DNA of 64,000 bases from Lacunisphaera sp. (GCA_039807025.1 JBDHQK010000001.1:1418-65417), one strand, 5' to 3'. Positions 42,501-51,312 are shown, counted from the first letter of the stretch. Notes: generated by a model not told the origin, from the sequence alone. Numbers and translations are program-made.

Positions 42501-44197
42501 GCGCCCTCGACTGGATCGTGCTCCTCGGGACGATCATCGGCATCGCCGCCTACGGCACGTGGCACACGCGCCACACCGACAACCTCAACACCTACCTGAA
42601 GGGCAACCACTCGACCAAATGGGGCACCATCGGCCTCTCGGTCATGGCCACCCAGGCGAGCACCATCACCTACCTCTCGCTGCCCGGCCAGGCCTACGAG
42701 AACGGCATCGCCTTCATCCAGAATTATTTTGGCCTGCCGCTCGCGCTGATCTTGGTGTGTGCCGTCTTCCTGCCCATCTACCGCAAGCTCGGCGTTTACA
42801 CCGCCTACGAATACCTCGGGCAACGCTTCGATCCGAAGACCCGCCTGCTCGGCGCGGGCCTGTTCCTGCTCCAGCGCGGCATCCAAGCCGGCGTCACGAT
42901 CTACGCGCCGGCCATCATCCTCTCGACGGCCTTCGGTTGGCGGCTTGACCTGACCATCATCTTCACCGGCCTGGTGGCCATTGTCTACACCGTCACCGGC
43001 GGCAGCGCGGCGGTGAATCTCACGCAGAAATGGCAGATGGCCGTCATCTGGGCCGGCATGCTCACGGCCTTCGTCATCCTGCTGCTGAAACTGCCCGCCA
43101 ACGCCACGCACATCGCCGGCGCCATGGGCAAGCTGCAGGCCGTGGATTTCACGCCCGACCAGCAACTGCGCTACACCTTCTGGAGCGGGCTGCTGGGCGG
43201 CTTCTTCCTCTCGCTCTCCTATTTCGGCACCGACCAGTCACAGGTGCAGCGCTACATCGGCGGCGCCGCCCTCCGCGAAGGGCGCCTGGGCCTGATGTTC
43301 AACGCCCTCTTCAAGATCCCGATGCAGTTCTTCATCGTGATGCTCGGCGCGCTGCTCTTCGTGTTCTACCAGTTCCAGCCCGACACCCCGCTGATCTTCA
43401 ACCAGTCCGCCTGGCAGCGACAGGTGCTGGGCCCGCAGGGCGCGGAGTTCCGTGCGCTGGAGGAACAGCACACTCTTCTCCACGCCGCCAAGCAGGAGAA
43501 GATCCGCGCCTGGGTCGCCGCCCAAGCCGGCGGCGATGCCACCGCCGAGGCCGCCGCCCGCACCGAGCTCGCGGCCGCGCAAACGGCTTCTGACACCCTG
43601 CGCAAGCAGGCGCGCGACAGGCTCTATGCCGCCGCCCCCGAGGCGAAGAAGACCCGCGATTCCGACTACGTCTTCATCACCTTCATCCTCACGCAGCTCC
43701 CGCACGGCGTCGTCGGCCTGCTCGTCGCCGTGATGTTCGCCTCGGCCCTGTCCTCGAAGGCCGGCGAGCTCAACGCCCTCGGCACCACCAGCACCATCGA
43801 CCTCTGGCGCGCCTTCCGCCCGCTCACCGCGCACGACGAGGCACGCAATGTCCGCAACGCGAAATGGTTCACGGCGTTCTGGGGGCTCTTCGCCGTCGGC
43901 TTCGCCCTTTATGTCAGCTTCGCCGAGAACCTCATCGAGGCGCTGAACATCATCGCATCGGTGTTTTACCCGCCGCTGCTCGGCGTCTTCCTTGTCGCCT
44001 TCTTCTTCCGGAAGGTCGGCGGCACGGCGGTCTTCTGGGCGGCCATCGCCACCCAGCTGCTTCTGCTCAGCCTCTTCTTCTACGGCAAGGACACCGTCGC
44101 CTACCTCTGGCTCAACCCGATCGGCTGCGCCGCCTGCATCGGCTTCGCCCTGCTGTTCCAGTTGGTGCTCCCGCCACGCCCAGCCGCCGCACCATGA
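42497..44197 (+). CDS. Sodium:solute symporter (SSS family)
   Basis: LSVMATQASTIT, TAYEYLGQRFD, YTVTGG, GTDQSQVQRY, GLLVAVMFASALSS, about 13 TMs. Confidence 0.93.
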   Translation: MSALDWIVLLGTIIGIAAYGTWHTRHTDNLNTYLKGNHSTKWGTIGLSVMATQASTITYLSLPGQAYENGIAFIQNYFGLPLALILVCAVFLPIYRKLGVYTAYEYLGQRFDPKTRLLGAGLFLLQRGIQAGVTIYAPAIILSTAFGWRLDLTIIFTGLVAIVYTVTGGSAAVNLTQKWQMAVIWAGMLTAFVILLLKLPANATHIAGAMGKLQAVDFTPDQQLRYTFWSGLLGGFFLSLSYFGTDQSQVQRYIGGAALREGRLGLMFNALFKIPMQFFIVMLGALLFVFYQFQPDTPLIFNQSAWQRQVLGPQGAEFRALEEQHTLLHAAKQEKIRAWVAAQAGGDATAEAAARTELAAAQTASDTLRKQARDRLYAAAPEAKKTRDSDYVFITFILTQLPHGVVGLLVAVMFASALSSKAGELNALGTTSTIDLWRAFRPLTAHDEARNVRNAKWFTAFWGLFAVGFALYVSFAENLIEALNIIASVFYPPLLGVFLVAFFFRKVGGTAVFWAAIATQLLLLSLFFYGKDTVAYLWLNPIGCAACIGFALLFQLVLPPRPAAAP

Positions 44198-44961
44198 ACT
44201 CCCCCGTCATCTGTTTCGGCCAGCAGCCCTGCGGATTCTTCCCGCGCCGCTTCCTCCACGCCAAGTTCGTGACCGCCCGCCGCCTCCAGGCGGAGATCGG
44301 CGGCGAGATCGTGTTCTTCCTGCACGACAGCGACCACGACGCCCGCGAGACCCAGACCATCCTGCGCCACCGCCGGACCGGCGAGCCGCAGGCCTTCAAC
44401 TTCAGCTTCGTCAACAAGCTCCAGCGGAAATTCTCCCCTCTTTTCCTCAAGCGCCTCCCCGCTGACTGGCAGGCCAACACCGCCCGCCAGCTCCCCAACT
44501 TCGTCGAGCCCCGCCATGTCGCGCTGTTCAAGCAAATCGCCGCCGCCAACGCCGCCGATTTCTGCCTGGCGATGTATCGCGCCCTGGGCCTGCTCGACGG
44601 CATCCGCGTTGTCCGCTCCGGCGACCCCGCCGTGCGCCGCGCCGCGTGCGACATCGCGGACTTCTTCGTGGACGTGCCGCACGAGGGCGAGATCGTCCGC
44701 GCCCGATCCATCAACGGCATCCTGAAACTCCACGAAGGCGGCGACCGCTATCTCGACCTGCCGTCCATGGCCTTCACCAAGGAACAGGTCAGCCCGACCC
44801 GCGATAGCCGGTTGCGTTGGATGCAATCCGTGCTTCACTGCACGCACTATGTCTGCGGTGCCGGCGAGCAAGCCTACCTCAACCCCGCCGACGCCCCCGA
44901 GATCACCTTTGTCCCCCGCGACCCCATCGACCGCTCCGATGAAGCCTACACCGATGCCTGA
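44194..44961 (+). CDS. Short BshC-like protein (bacillithiol cysteine-adding enzyme homolog, 255 aa)
   Basis: VICFGQQPCGFF, VFFLHDSDHD and HYVCGAGEQAY mirror BshC motifs (VxGQQ, VFW..EDHD, YVGGPGE.AY). Adjacent to bshB1 and bshA. Confidence 0.7.
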   Translation: MNSPVICFGQQPCGFFPRRFLHAKFVTARRLQAEIGGEIVFFLHDSDHDARETQTILRHRRTGEPQAFNFSFVNKLQRKFSPLFLKRLPADWQANTARQLPNFVEPRHVALFKQIAAANAADFCLAMYRALGLLDGIRVVRSGDPAVRRAACDIADFFVDVPHEGEIVRARSINGILKLHEGGDRYLDLPSMAFTKEQVSPTRDSRLRWMQSVLHCTHYVCGAGEQAYLNPADAPEITFVPRDPIDRSDEAYTDA

Positions 44962-44970
44962 GTCACCCGG

Positions 44971-44999
44971 AAATTTGTAACGTAATACGTTACAAATTT
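44971..44999. repeat. Perfect AT-rich 29-bp palindrome
   Basis: AAATTTGTAACGTA-A-TACGTTACAAATTT. Confidence 0.85.
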
Positions 45000-45017
45000 T
45001 CCGCTGCCTGCCGCCCT

Positions 45018-45737
45018 ATGACCGCCAAAGACCACCCGCCGCTCCTCGCCTTCGGGGCGCACCCCGACGACATCGAGTTTGGGGCCGGCGGCATCATCGC
45101 CCGCGAGACTCGCGCCGGCCGGCGCATCCATTTCGTCGTCTGCTCGCGCGGCGAGGCCGGCACGAATGGCACCCCCGCCATCCGCACCCGCGAGGCCAAG
45201 GCCGCCGCGAGTATCCTCGGTGCCACCGTCGAATTCCTCGCCCTCGACGGCGATGCCCGCCTCGAACTCAAGGCCGCCCATGCCCTGAAACTCGCCGCCA
45301 TCATCCGCCGCCTCCAGCCGGGCATCGTGCTCGCGCCGACGACCGAGCCCAACCAGCACCCGGATCACTGGCGGCTGGGCACGCTCGTGCGCGATGCCAC
45401 CCGCCTCGCCCGCTACGGTGGCCTGCGGGAACTCAAGTCCCGCCCGCCGCACGCCGTCGGACAACTGTTTTTCTATGCGCTAAGCCCCGGCAGCCAGCCA
45501 GCGGCTGCGCCGATTCTCATCGATGTTTCGGCGCCAGGCCTCGTCGCCACCTGGACCAAGGCCATGGAAGCGCACGCCTCGCAAATGAAGACGCGCAACT
45601 ACGTCGAGCTGCAGCTGGCCCGGGCCCGCGTGCTCGGCCTCGACGCCGGCGTGTCCTACGCGCAGGCGCTCTACCCGAGCGATCCGCTGGTCTTCGATTC
45701 GCTCGCCGCGCTTGGCCGCGGTGCCCGCAGATTCTGA
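45018..45737 (+). CDS. bshB1: PIG-L family deacetylase, BshB1-like
   Basis: AFGAHPDDIE, RGEAGTNG..R..EA..A..ILG, HPDH, AHASQ. Directly upstream of bshA. Confidence 0.8.
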   Translation: MTAKDHPPLLAFGAHPDDIEFGAGGIIARETRAGRRIHFVVCSRGEAGTNGTPAIRTREAKAAASILGATVEFLALDGDARLELKAAHALKLAAIIRRLQPGIVLAPTTEPNQHPDHWRLGTLVRDATRLARYGGLRELKSRPPHAVGQLFFYALSPGSQPAAAPILIDVSAPGLVATWTKAMEAHASQMKTRNYVELQLARARVLGLDAGVSYAQALYPSDPLVFDSLAALGRGARRF

Positions 45738-45738
45738 C

Positions 45739-46875
45739 ATGGCTGCCGACCGCCCGCTCAAGATCGGCATCACCTGCTACCCCTCCGTCGGCGGCAGCGG
45801 CATCCTCGCATCGGAACTCGGCGAGGAACTCGCCAAGCGCGGCCACGATATCCACTTCATCAGCTACGAACCTCCGTTCCGCCTGCCGGCCGGTCCGCGG
45901 GTGTTCTTCCACCCGGTCGCAGTCAACAGCTACGACCTGTTCAAGTATCCCGACTACACCCTGCCACTCTCGGTGAAGATGGCCGAGGTCAGCCGCGAGC
46001 GCGGGCTCGATGTCCTGCATGTCCACTACGCCGTGCCGCACGCCACGGCCGCCATCCTTGCCCGCGCCATGCTGCGCGAGGAACGCCGCCTGCGCATCAT
46101 CACCACCCTGCACGGCACCGACACGACGCTGCTCGGCCGTGACCCCGGCTACGGCCCGGCCATCCGGCACGCTCTCGAGCATTCCGACGCCATCACCACC
46201 GTCTCCGAGTTCATGCGCGGCGAAACCGTCCGCCTGCTCGGCGTGCAAAGGCCCATCGAGGTCATTCCCAATTTCTTCGAACCTCACGCGACGGCCCGCT
46301 GCCGCGATGACATCCGCCACGAACTCGGCCTCGCGGATGGCGAGGCGATGCTGCTGCACCTCTCGAACCTGCGCCCGCTCAAGCGCACCGACCTGCTGCT
46401 CGACACCGTGGCGAAGCTGAAACCACGGCTGCCCTTCAGGCTCGTCGTGCTCGCCGGGGCCGACCCGGCCCCGCTCCTGGCCGCGGCCAAGCGCCTCGGC
46501 GTGGCCGACCGTCTCATCGTGCGCGAGAGGGTCACCGACATCGAGTGCTACCTCTCGGCGGCCGACCTCGGCCTGTTCACCTCGGAGGTGGAGAGCTTTT
46601 GCCTGAGCATCCTCGAGCTCATGTGCGCCGGCTGCCCGAGTGCCGCCTTCGCCGTCGGCGGCATTCCCGAGGTCACGGTTTCCGGCGAGACCGGCCTGCT
46701 TGCGCCGTTCGGCGACACCACCGCCCTGGCGGACGGCATCGAGACGCTGCTGCGTGACCCCGCCCGCCGCACTGTGCTGGGCCGCGCGGCCCAACGGCGC
46801 GCCCGTGAAAAATTCTCCGCCGCCGCCATCGTCCCGCGCTACGAGGCGCTTTACCGGCGGGTGGGCGGAATTTAG
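45739..46875 (+). CDS. bshA: N-acetyl-alpha-D-glucosaminyl L-malate synthase (GT4)
   Basis: KIGITCYPSVGGSGILASELG, LFKYPDY, HVHYAVPHA, TTLHGTD, HLSNLRPLKR, ESF, GGIPEV. Confidence 0.92.
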   Translation: MAADRPLKIGITCYPSVGGSGILASELGEELAKRGHDIHFISYEPPFRLPAGPRVFFHPVAVNSYDLFKYPDYTLPLSVKMAEVSRERGLDVLHVHYAVPHATAAILARAMLREERRLRIITTLHGTDTTLLGRDPGYGPAIRHALEHSDAITTVSEFMRGETVRLLGVQRPIEVIPNFFEPHATARCRDDIRHELGLADGEAMLLHLSNLRPLKRTDLLLDTVAKLKPRLPFRLVVLAGADPAPLLAAAKRLGVADRLIVRERVTDIECYLSAADLGLFTSEVESFCLSILELMCAGCPSAAFAVGGIPEVTVSGETGLLAPFGDTTALADGIETLLRDPARRTVLGRAAQRRAREKFSAAAIVPRYEALYRRVGGI

Positions 46876-46910
46876 TCGAACCGCCACCACCGACCGGCCA
46901 GTCTTCTCCG

Positions 46911-47342
46911 ATGGAGCCCGACGACCCGCCGCCCAAGACCTACGGTTTCAAGGAACGGGAATTCAAGCGCGACAACGCCACGGGCAAGGCCGACGCTCCG
47001 CCCACGGCCAAGGAGATGGCCATCATGGCCGGGCCGGTGGTGAAATCGTCCAAAGGCGCCACCGGGCCGAAGGCCGGCGACCCCAATGACATTTACACCG
47101 CGCTCCAGCACAACCGCGCCGTCGAAAAGCAACGCGGGTTGAACGAAATTGAAATCCGGGAGATCAAATCCCGGCGCAAGCGGGACTACTGGCTCCTGAT
47201 CGTCGGAGGAAACATTCTCATCGTCGGCACCGTGGTCGTGCTGGGTGCCAATGCCATCACCGCCATTTTCGGCCTGGGCGGGGTGATCCTCTTCAACGTC
47301 GGTCTCACCTGGATCATGTGGCAGGTGATGGACCGTTACTAG
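46911..47342 (+). CDS. Hypothetical protein with two C-terminal TMs
   Basis: SRRKRDYW before two hydrophobic segments, host-like codon usage. Confidence 0.7.
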   Translation: MEPDDPPPKTYGFKEREFKRDNATGKADAPPTAKEMAIMAGPVVKSSKGATGPKAGDPNDIYTALQHNRAVEKQRGLNEIEIREIKSRRKRDYWLLIVGGNILIVGTVVVLGANAITAIFGLGGVILFNVGLTWIMWQVMDRY

Positions 47343-48817
47343 GCCGGCGCGCCCGTTCGCGCCTCGACGGCCCAGCGGTAGAGGTCCACGTAGTGCGCGG
47401 CGCTCCGGCTCCACGAAAAATCCCGCGCCATGGCACGTTGCTGCAGGCCGGCGAATTCCTGCGGGCGATCGTAGTAGGTGGCGCAGGCCCAGCCGAGCGT
47501 GTCGGCCAGCGCCCCGGCCGTGGGTGAGTGGAAGACGAAGCCCGTGCCGCGCGCCTGGCCTTCCTCGAAATTCTCCACCGTGTCCACCAGCCCGCCGGTG
47601 GCACGCACAAGGGGCAGCGTCCCATAACGCATGGCATACATCTGCGTGAGCCCGCAGGGCTCGGCGCGGCTCGGCATCACGAAGCAGTCACTGCCTGCCT
47701 GGATGAGCCGCGCCAGCTTGCCGTCGAAGCCGATCTGCGTCCCGCAGCGGCCGCGGTAGGCCTGCGCCGCCCACTTGAAGGTGTTTTCCAGCCGCCCGTC
47801 ACCGCTGCCGAGCAGCACCAACTGGATCGCCATCCGCTCCATCACGGCCGGCAGCACCTCGGCGAGCAGATCGAGGCCCTTCTGCGCCACCAGCCGCGAC
47901 ACCACGCCGAAGAGCGGCACGACCGGATTTTCCTCCAGCTGAAAATGCCGTTGCAGGGCCGCCTTGCACCGCGCCTTGCCCCGCAGATCGGTGGCGGAGT
48001 AGTTCGCCGGCAGCGTCCGGTCGTGCGCCGGATCCCACGAGTCGGTGTCGATGCCGTTGAGGATGCCCACGAGGTCTCCCGCACGGAAACGCAACACGCC
48101 CTCCAGTCCGAAGCCGCCCTCTGCCGTCAATATCTCCCGCGCATAGGTGGGACTCACGGTGGTGAGCTTGGTGGCGTGGTAGAGCCCGGCCTTCAGCAGA
48201 TTGACCATGCCGCCGGCCTCGATGCCATCGCGGTGAAACTCGCCCCAGGGCAGGCGCGCATAATCCACCACGCGCGCCGGCACGTAGCCTTGGTGCTCGA
48301 GGTTGTGTATGGTGAAGACTGTCGCCGCGCGGCCGAGTGGCGTGTCGCGCAGCGTGGTGTTCAGCATCACCGGCAGCAGGCCGGTGGTCCAGTCGTGGCC
48401 GTGGATGATGTCGGGCGTCCAGTCGAGTTGCTGGCACAGCGCCAGCGCGCCGCGGCACAGGAAGGCAAAGCGCCGGTCGTTGTCGTCGCAGGCACCCCAG
48501 GGCCCGGTGTAAACCTCGGGCCGCGCGAAATGGTCGTGATTCTCCAGGAAATACACCGGCACGGTTGTGTCCGGCAGCGCGGTCTCCCAGGTGCGCGCCC
48601 ATTGCGTGACCGGGCCGACATCCACGCCGAGCGGCGCGGCCAGAGCCCGCCATTCGCCCACCCGCTTCACCGAGCCGTAGGCGGGGCAGACGATGCGCAC
48701 GTCGTGGCCGAGCTGGGCAAGTTCCTTGGGCAGCGCGCCAACCATGTCGGCCAGGCCGCCGACCTTGACGAACGGCTCCACCTCGGGGCTGACGAAAAGG
48801 ATTTTTAGAGCGCGCAC
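47339..48817 (-). CDS. glgA: Glycogen synthase
   Basis: KVGGLADM, HGHDW, FTIHNL, GILNGID, SRLVAQKG, MPSRAEPCGLTQMYAMRYGT. Confidence 0.96.
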   Translation of the reverse strand: MRALKILFVSPEVEPFVKVGGLADMVGALPKELAQLGHDVRIVCPAYGSVKRVGEWRALAAPLGVDVGPVTQWARTWETALPDTTVPVYFLENHDHFARPEVYTGPWGACDDNDRRFAFLCRGALALCQQLDWTPDIIHGHDWTTGLLPVMLNTTLRDTPLGRAATVFTIHNLEHQGYVPARVVDYARLPWGEFHRDGIEAGGMVNLLKAGLYHATKLTTVSPTYAREILTAEGGFGLEGVLRFRAGDLVGILNGIDTDSWDPAHDRTLPANYSATDLRGKARCKAALQRHFQLEENPVVPLFGVVSRLVAQKGLDLLAEVLPAVMERMAIQLVLLGSGDGRLENTFKWAAQAYRGRCGTQIGFDGKLARLIQAGSDCFVMPSRAEPCGLTQMYAMRYGTLPLVRATGGLVDTVENFEEGQARGTGFVFHSPTAGALADTLGWACATYYDRPQEFAGLQQRAMARDFSWSRSAAHYVDLYRWAVEARTGAPA

Positions 48818-48871
48818 GCGGGCAGAAAACCCGAAGCCTCCGGGGCGGACGAGTCTAAATTGTCCATCCCT

Positions 48872-48965
48872 GCCATTCTGAGCGTAGCGAATAATCCATC
48901 GGGATGATCGTCACAACCGGCGGAGGCAAGCACCCCACTAGACTCCTCGCTGCGCTCAGGATGAC
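48872..48965. repeat. Degenerate palindromic REP-like element
   Basis: GCCATTCTGAGCGTAGCGAA ... CTCGCTGCGCTCAGGATGAC. Confidence 0.7.
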
Positions 48966-48978
48966 CATCATTCGATGG

Positions 48979-50055
48979 TCACTTCCGGGCGGCAGGATAG
49001 CTGCCGAGCCACTTCACGAGCGGGCATTTCCGGCTGAGCTCCTTGAGCGCGGCCTGCATCGGCGGGTCCTCGTAGTGTCCCTTGACGTCGAGGAAGAAGA
49101 TGTAGTCCCACGGCTTCAGCCGGCTCGGGCGCGACTCGATGCGCGTGAGGTTCAGCTTGCGGCGGTTGAACGGCTGCAGCGCGTGCAGCAGCGCGCCGGG
49201 CTCGTGGTGGAGCGAGACGAGGAGGCTCGTCTTGTCGTGGCCGCTGCCGGCCGAGCCCGAGGCCTCGCGGCCGAGGAAGACGAAGCGCGAGGTGTTGTTC
49301 TTGAGATCCTGGATGTGCGTGGCGGCCACCGGCACGCCGTAGCGCTCGCCGGCGAGGCGGGGCGCGATGGCCGCGGCGCCGGCCTCCTTGGCGGCGACCT
49401 GCACGCCGAGCGCGGTGCTGTCCACATCCACCAACTGGGCGTGCGGCAGGTTGCGCTGCAGCCAGCGGCGGCACTGGGCCAGCGCCTGGTCCTTGGAATA
49501 GACCTTTTTGATCTTCGCCAGCGGGCTGCGGGAGAGCAGCGTGTGCTCGATCTCCTGGTGGAGTTCCGCGACGATCTTGAGCGGCGTCTCGACAAACAGA
49601 TCGAGGGAATCGCGCACGGCGCCCTCGGTGGAGTTCTCGACCGGCACGACGCCGTAATCGGCCTCGCCCTTCTCCACCGCGGTGAAGATGTCGGCGATGG
49701 TCGCCATCGGCCGGTAGTCCACGCTCGAGCCGAACTTGCGGAGGGCGGCGGCGTGGGTGTTGGTAGCCTCGGGCCCGAGGTAGGCCACGCAGAGGGGCTT
49801 CTCCAGGGCCAGCGCCGCCGACATGATCTCACGGTAGATGGCCTGGAGGGCGGCGGGCTTGAGCGGACCGTGGTTCGCCGCCGTCACGCGGCGCAGCACA
49901 TCGGCCTCGCGCTCGGCCACGTAGATGCGGGTCTTCGCGCCGCGCTTGATCTCACCGATCCGCTGGGCGCACTTCAAGCGGGCGTTGAGCCGCTTGACGA
50001 TCTCGCGGTCGAGAGCGTCGATCTGGTTCCGGACCCTGGCGAGTTGCTTCTTCAT
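48979..50055 (-). CDS. pheA: Chorismate mutase / prephenate dehydratase (P-protein)
   Basis: AroQ N-terminus (RNQIDALD), AYLGP, VPVENSTEG, NTSRF, ACT domain IESRP. Confidence 0.95.
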   Translation of the reverse strand: MKKQLARVRNQIDALDREIVKRLNARLKCAQRIGEIKRGAKTRIYVAEREADVLRRVTAANHGPLKPAALQAIYREIMSAALALEKPLCVAYLGPEATNTHAAALRKFGSSVDYRPMATIADIFTAVEKGEADYGVVPVENSTEGAVRDSLDLFVETPLKIVAELHQEIEHTLLSRSPLAKIKKVYSKDQALAQCRRWLQRNLPHAQLVDVDSTALGVQVAAKEAGAAAIAPRLAGERYGVPVAATHIQDLKNNTSRFVFLGREASGSAGSGHDKTSLLVSLHHEPGALLHALQPFNRRKLNLTRIESRPSRLKPWDYIFFLDVKGHYEDPPMQAALKELSRKCPLVKWLGSYPAARK

Positions 50056-51104
50056 GAGGCGGCGGGCTGGCTGGTGGTGCGGATCAGAGCATGGAGGGCC
50101 TTGGCGTCCCGAATCAACTCCGCAAGCACCGCCGGCGTGACCGCCTGCTTGGGGTCGTCACCGAGGCCGCGCGCGGGGCTGACGTGTGCCTCGATGCACA
50201 GGCCGTCGGCCCCGTAGGCCACGGCGGCGAGCGCACAGGCCGGCACGTAGGCGGCCTTGCCGACCGAGTGGGAGGGATCGACGACGACGGGGGCCCAGGT
50301 GCGCTCCTTGAGCAGCGGGGTGATGGATTCGTCGGGCTGGTTGCGATAGCCGTCGAGGCCGGGCTGGGTGCCGCGCGGGCAGAGGATGACGTTGGGGTTG
50401 CCGAAGTTGACGATGTATTCGGCGGCGGAGATGAACTCGTTGAGCGTGCCGGTGTGCATGCCGCGCTTGAGCAGCACGGCGACGGGCTTGCCGGCGATGG
50501 CGGCGCCGACCTGGCGCAGCAAGGAGTAGTTGAGGGCGTTGCGCGCGCCGATCTGGAGGATTTGCACGCCGGCGGCGAGCGCGAGGCGGAGCTGCTCCTC
50601 GTCCATCACCTCCGTGTCCACCGGCAGGCCGGTGCGGCGCGATCCCTCCATCAGGATATCAAGCGACTTGTGATCGCCCTGGAAGGCGTAGGGATTGGTG
50701 CGCGGCTTCCACACGCCGCCGCGGAGCGCGTGGGCCCCGGCCTCCTTCACCGCCTGCGCGCTCTCGTAGAAGAGGTTGGGGTTCTTCGGGTCGATGGTGC
50801 AGTGGCCGGCCATGACCAGCAACTCGTCGCCGAGTGTCACGCCGCCGATTTTCACCCGGTGCCGGGCGAGGTCGGACTTGATGTCCATCAGTTTGTGCGG
50901 CGACTGGATGGTGTCCACGCGGTCCACGAACGGCAGGCCCTCCAGCCGGCTGATCATCAGCTCGTGGCGCTCGTCGCCCACGATGGCGTAGATGCTGCGG
51001 ACATCGCCGACGATCGGCTGGATGCGACAGCCGAACTCGGTGACGATCGCGGTCAGTTGGGCGACTTCCTCGGCGGTGAGACGATTGTTCTTGGGCAGGA
51101 TCAT
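50052..51104 (-). CDS. aroF: DAHP synthase, class I-beta, with N-terminal regulatory domain
   Basis: RGGVWKPRTNPYAFQG, QIGARN, LLKRG, DPSH, GADGL. ATGA overlap with pheA. Confidence 0.88.
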   Translation of the reverse strand: MILPKNNRLTAEEVAQLTAIVTEFGCRIQPIVGDVRSIYAIVGDERHELMISRLEGLPFVDRVDTIQSPHKLMDIKSDLARHRVKIGGVTLGDELLVMAGHCTIDPKNPNLFYESAQAVKEAGAHALRGGVWKPRTNPYAFQGDHKSLDILMEGSRRTGLPVDTEVMDEEQLRLALAAGVQILQIGARNALNYSLLRQVGAAIAGKPVAVLLKRGMHTGTLNEFISAAEYIVNFGNPNVILCPRGTQPGLDGYRNQPDESITPLLKERTWAPVVVDPSHSVGKAAYVPACALAAVAYGADGLCIEAHVSPARGLGDDPKQAVTPAVLAELIRDAKALHALIRTTSQPAAS

Positions 51105-51118
51105 GGTGGCGATGGGTT

Positions 51119-51148
51119 AAATAAAAAAGCCGCCCGATGGGGCGGCTC
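51119..51148 (-). terminator. Attenuator terminator upstream of aroF-pheA
   Basis: Minus strand AGCCGCCC-catc-GGGCGGCT-TTTTTATTT, just before the aroF start. Confidence 0.85.
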
Positions 51149-51173
51149 CTTGGCAAATTGGTTCTGGGGTGAA

Positions 51174-51263
51174 TCAGGGTTTGCGCTGGGACAGGCCGCC
51201 GGCGGTCTGCGGGCTAAAGTAGCCCGCAAAGGTAAAGCTGAAGCTGGCGGCAAAACGATTCAC
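51174..51263 (-). CDS. Phe/Tyr-rich leader peptide (pheL-like), 29 aa
   Basis: GTG-start translation MNRFAASFSFTFAGYFSPQTAGGLSQRKP* with 5 Phe + 1 Tyr within codons 4-16, followed by the terminator. Confidence 0.8.
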   Translation of the reverse strand: MNRFAASFSFTFAGYFSPQTAGGLSQRKP

Positions 51264-51269
51264 GGCCGC

Positions 51270-51300
51270 CAGAGGTGACCGGCGGGCGGGCGGGTGTCAA
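51270..51300 (-). promoter_or_regulatory. Candidate sigma70 promoter for the leader-aroF-pheA transcript
   Basis: Perfect TTGACA (51300-51295, minus strand). Weak -10 element 17 nt downstream. Confidence 0.5.
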
Positions 51301-51312
51301 TCCCGCAGCCGC

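Noticed and set aside
43864-44193. N-terminal extension that would lengthen the BshC-like ORF to 365 aa
   Set aside because: Overlaps the symporter in another frame and reads as Arg/Pro-rich noise. The ATGA-coupled ATG at 44194 is the plausible start.
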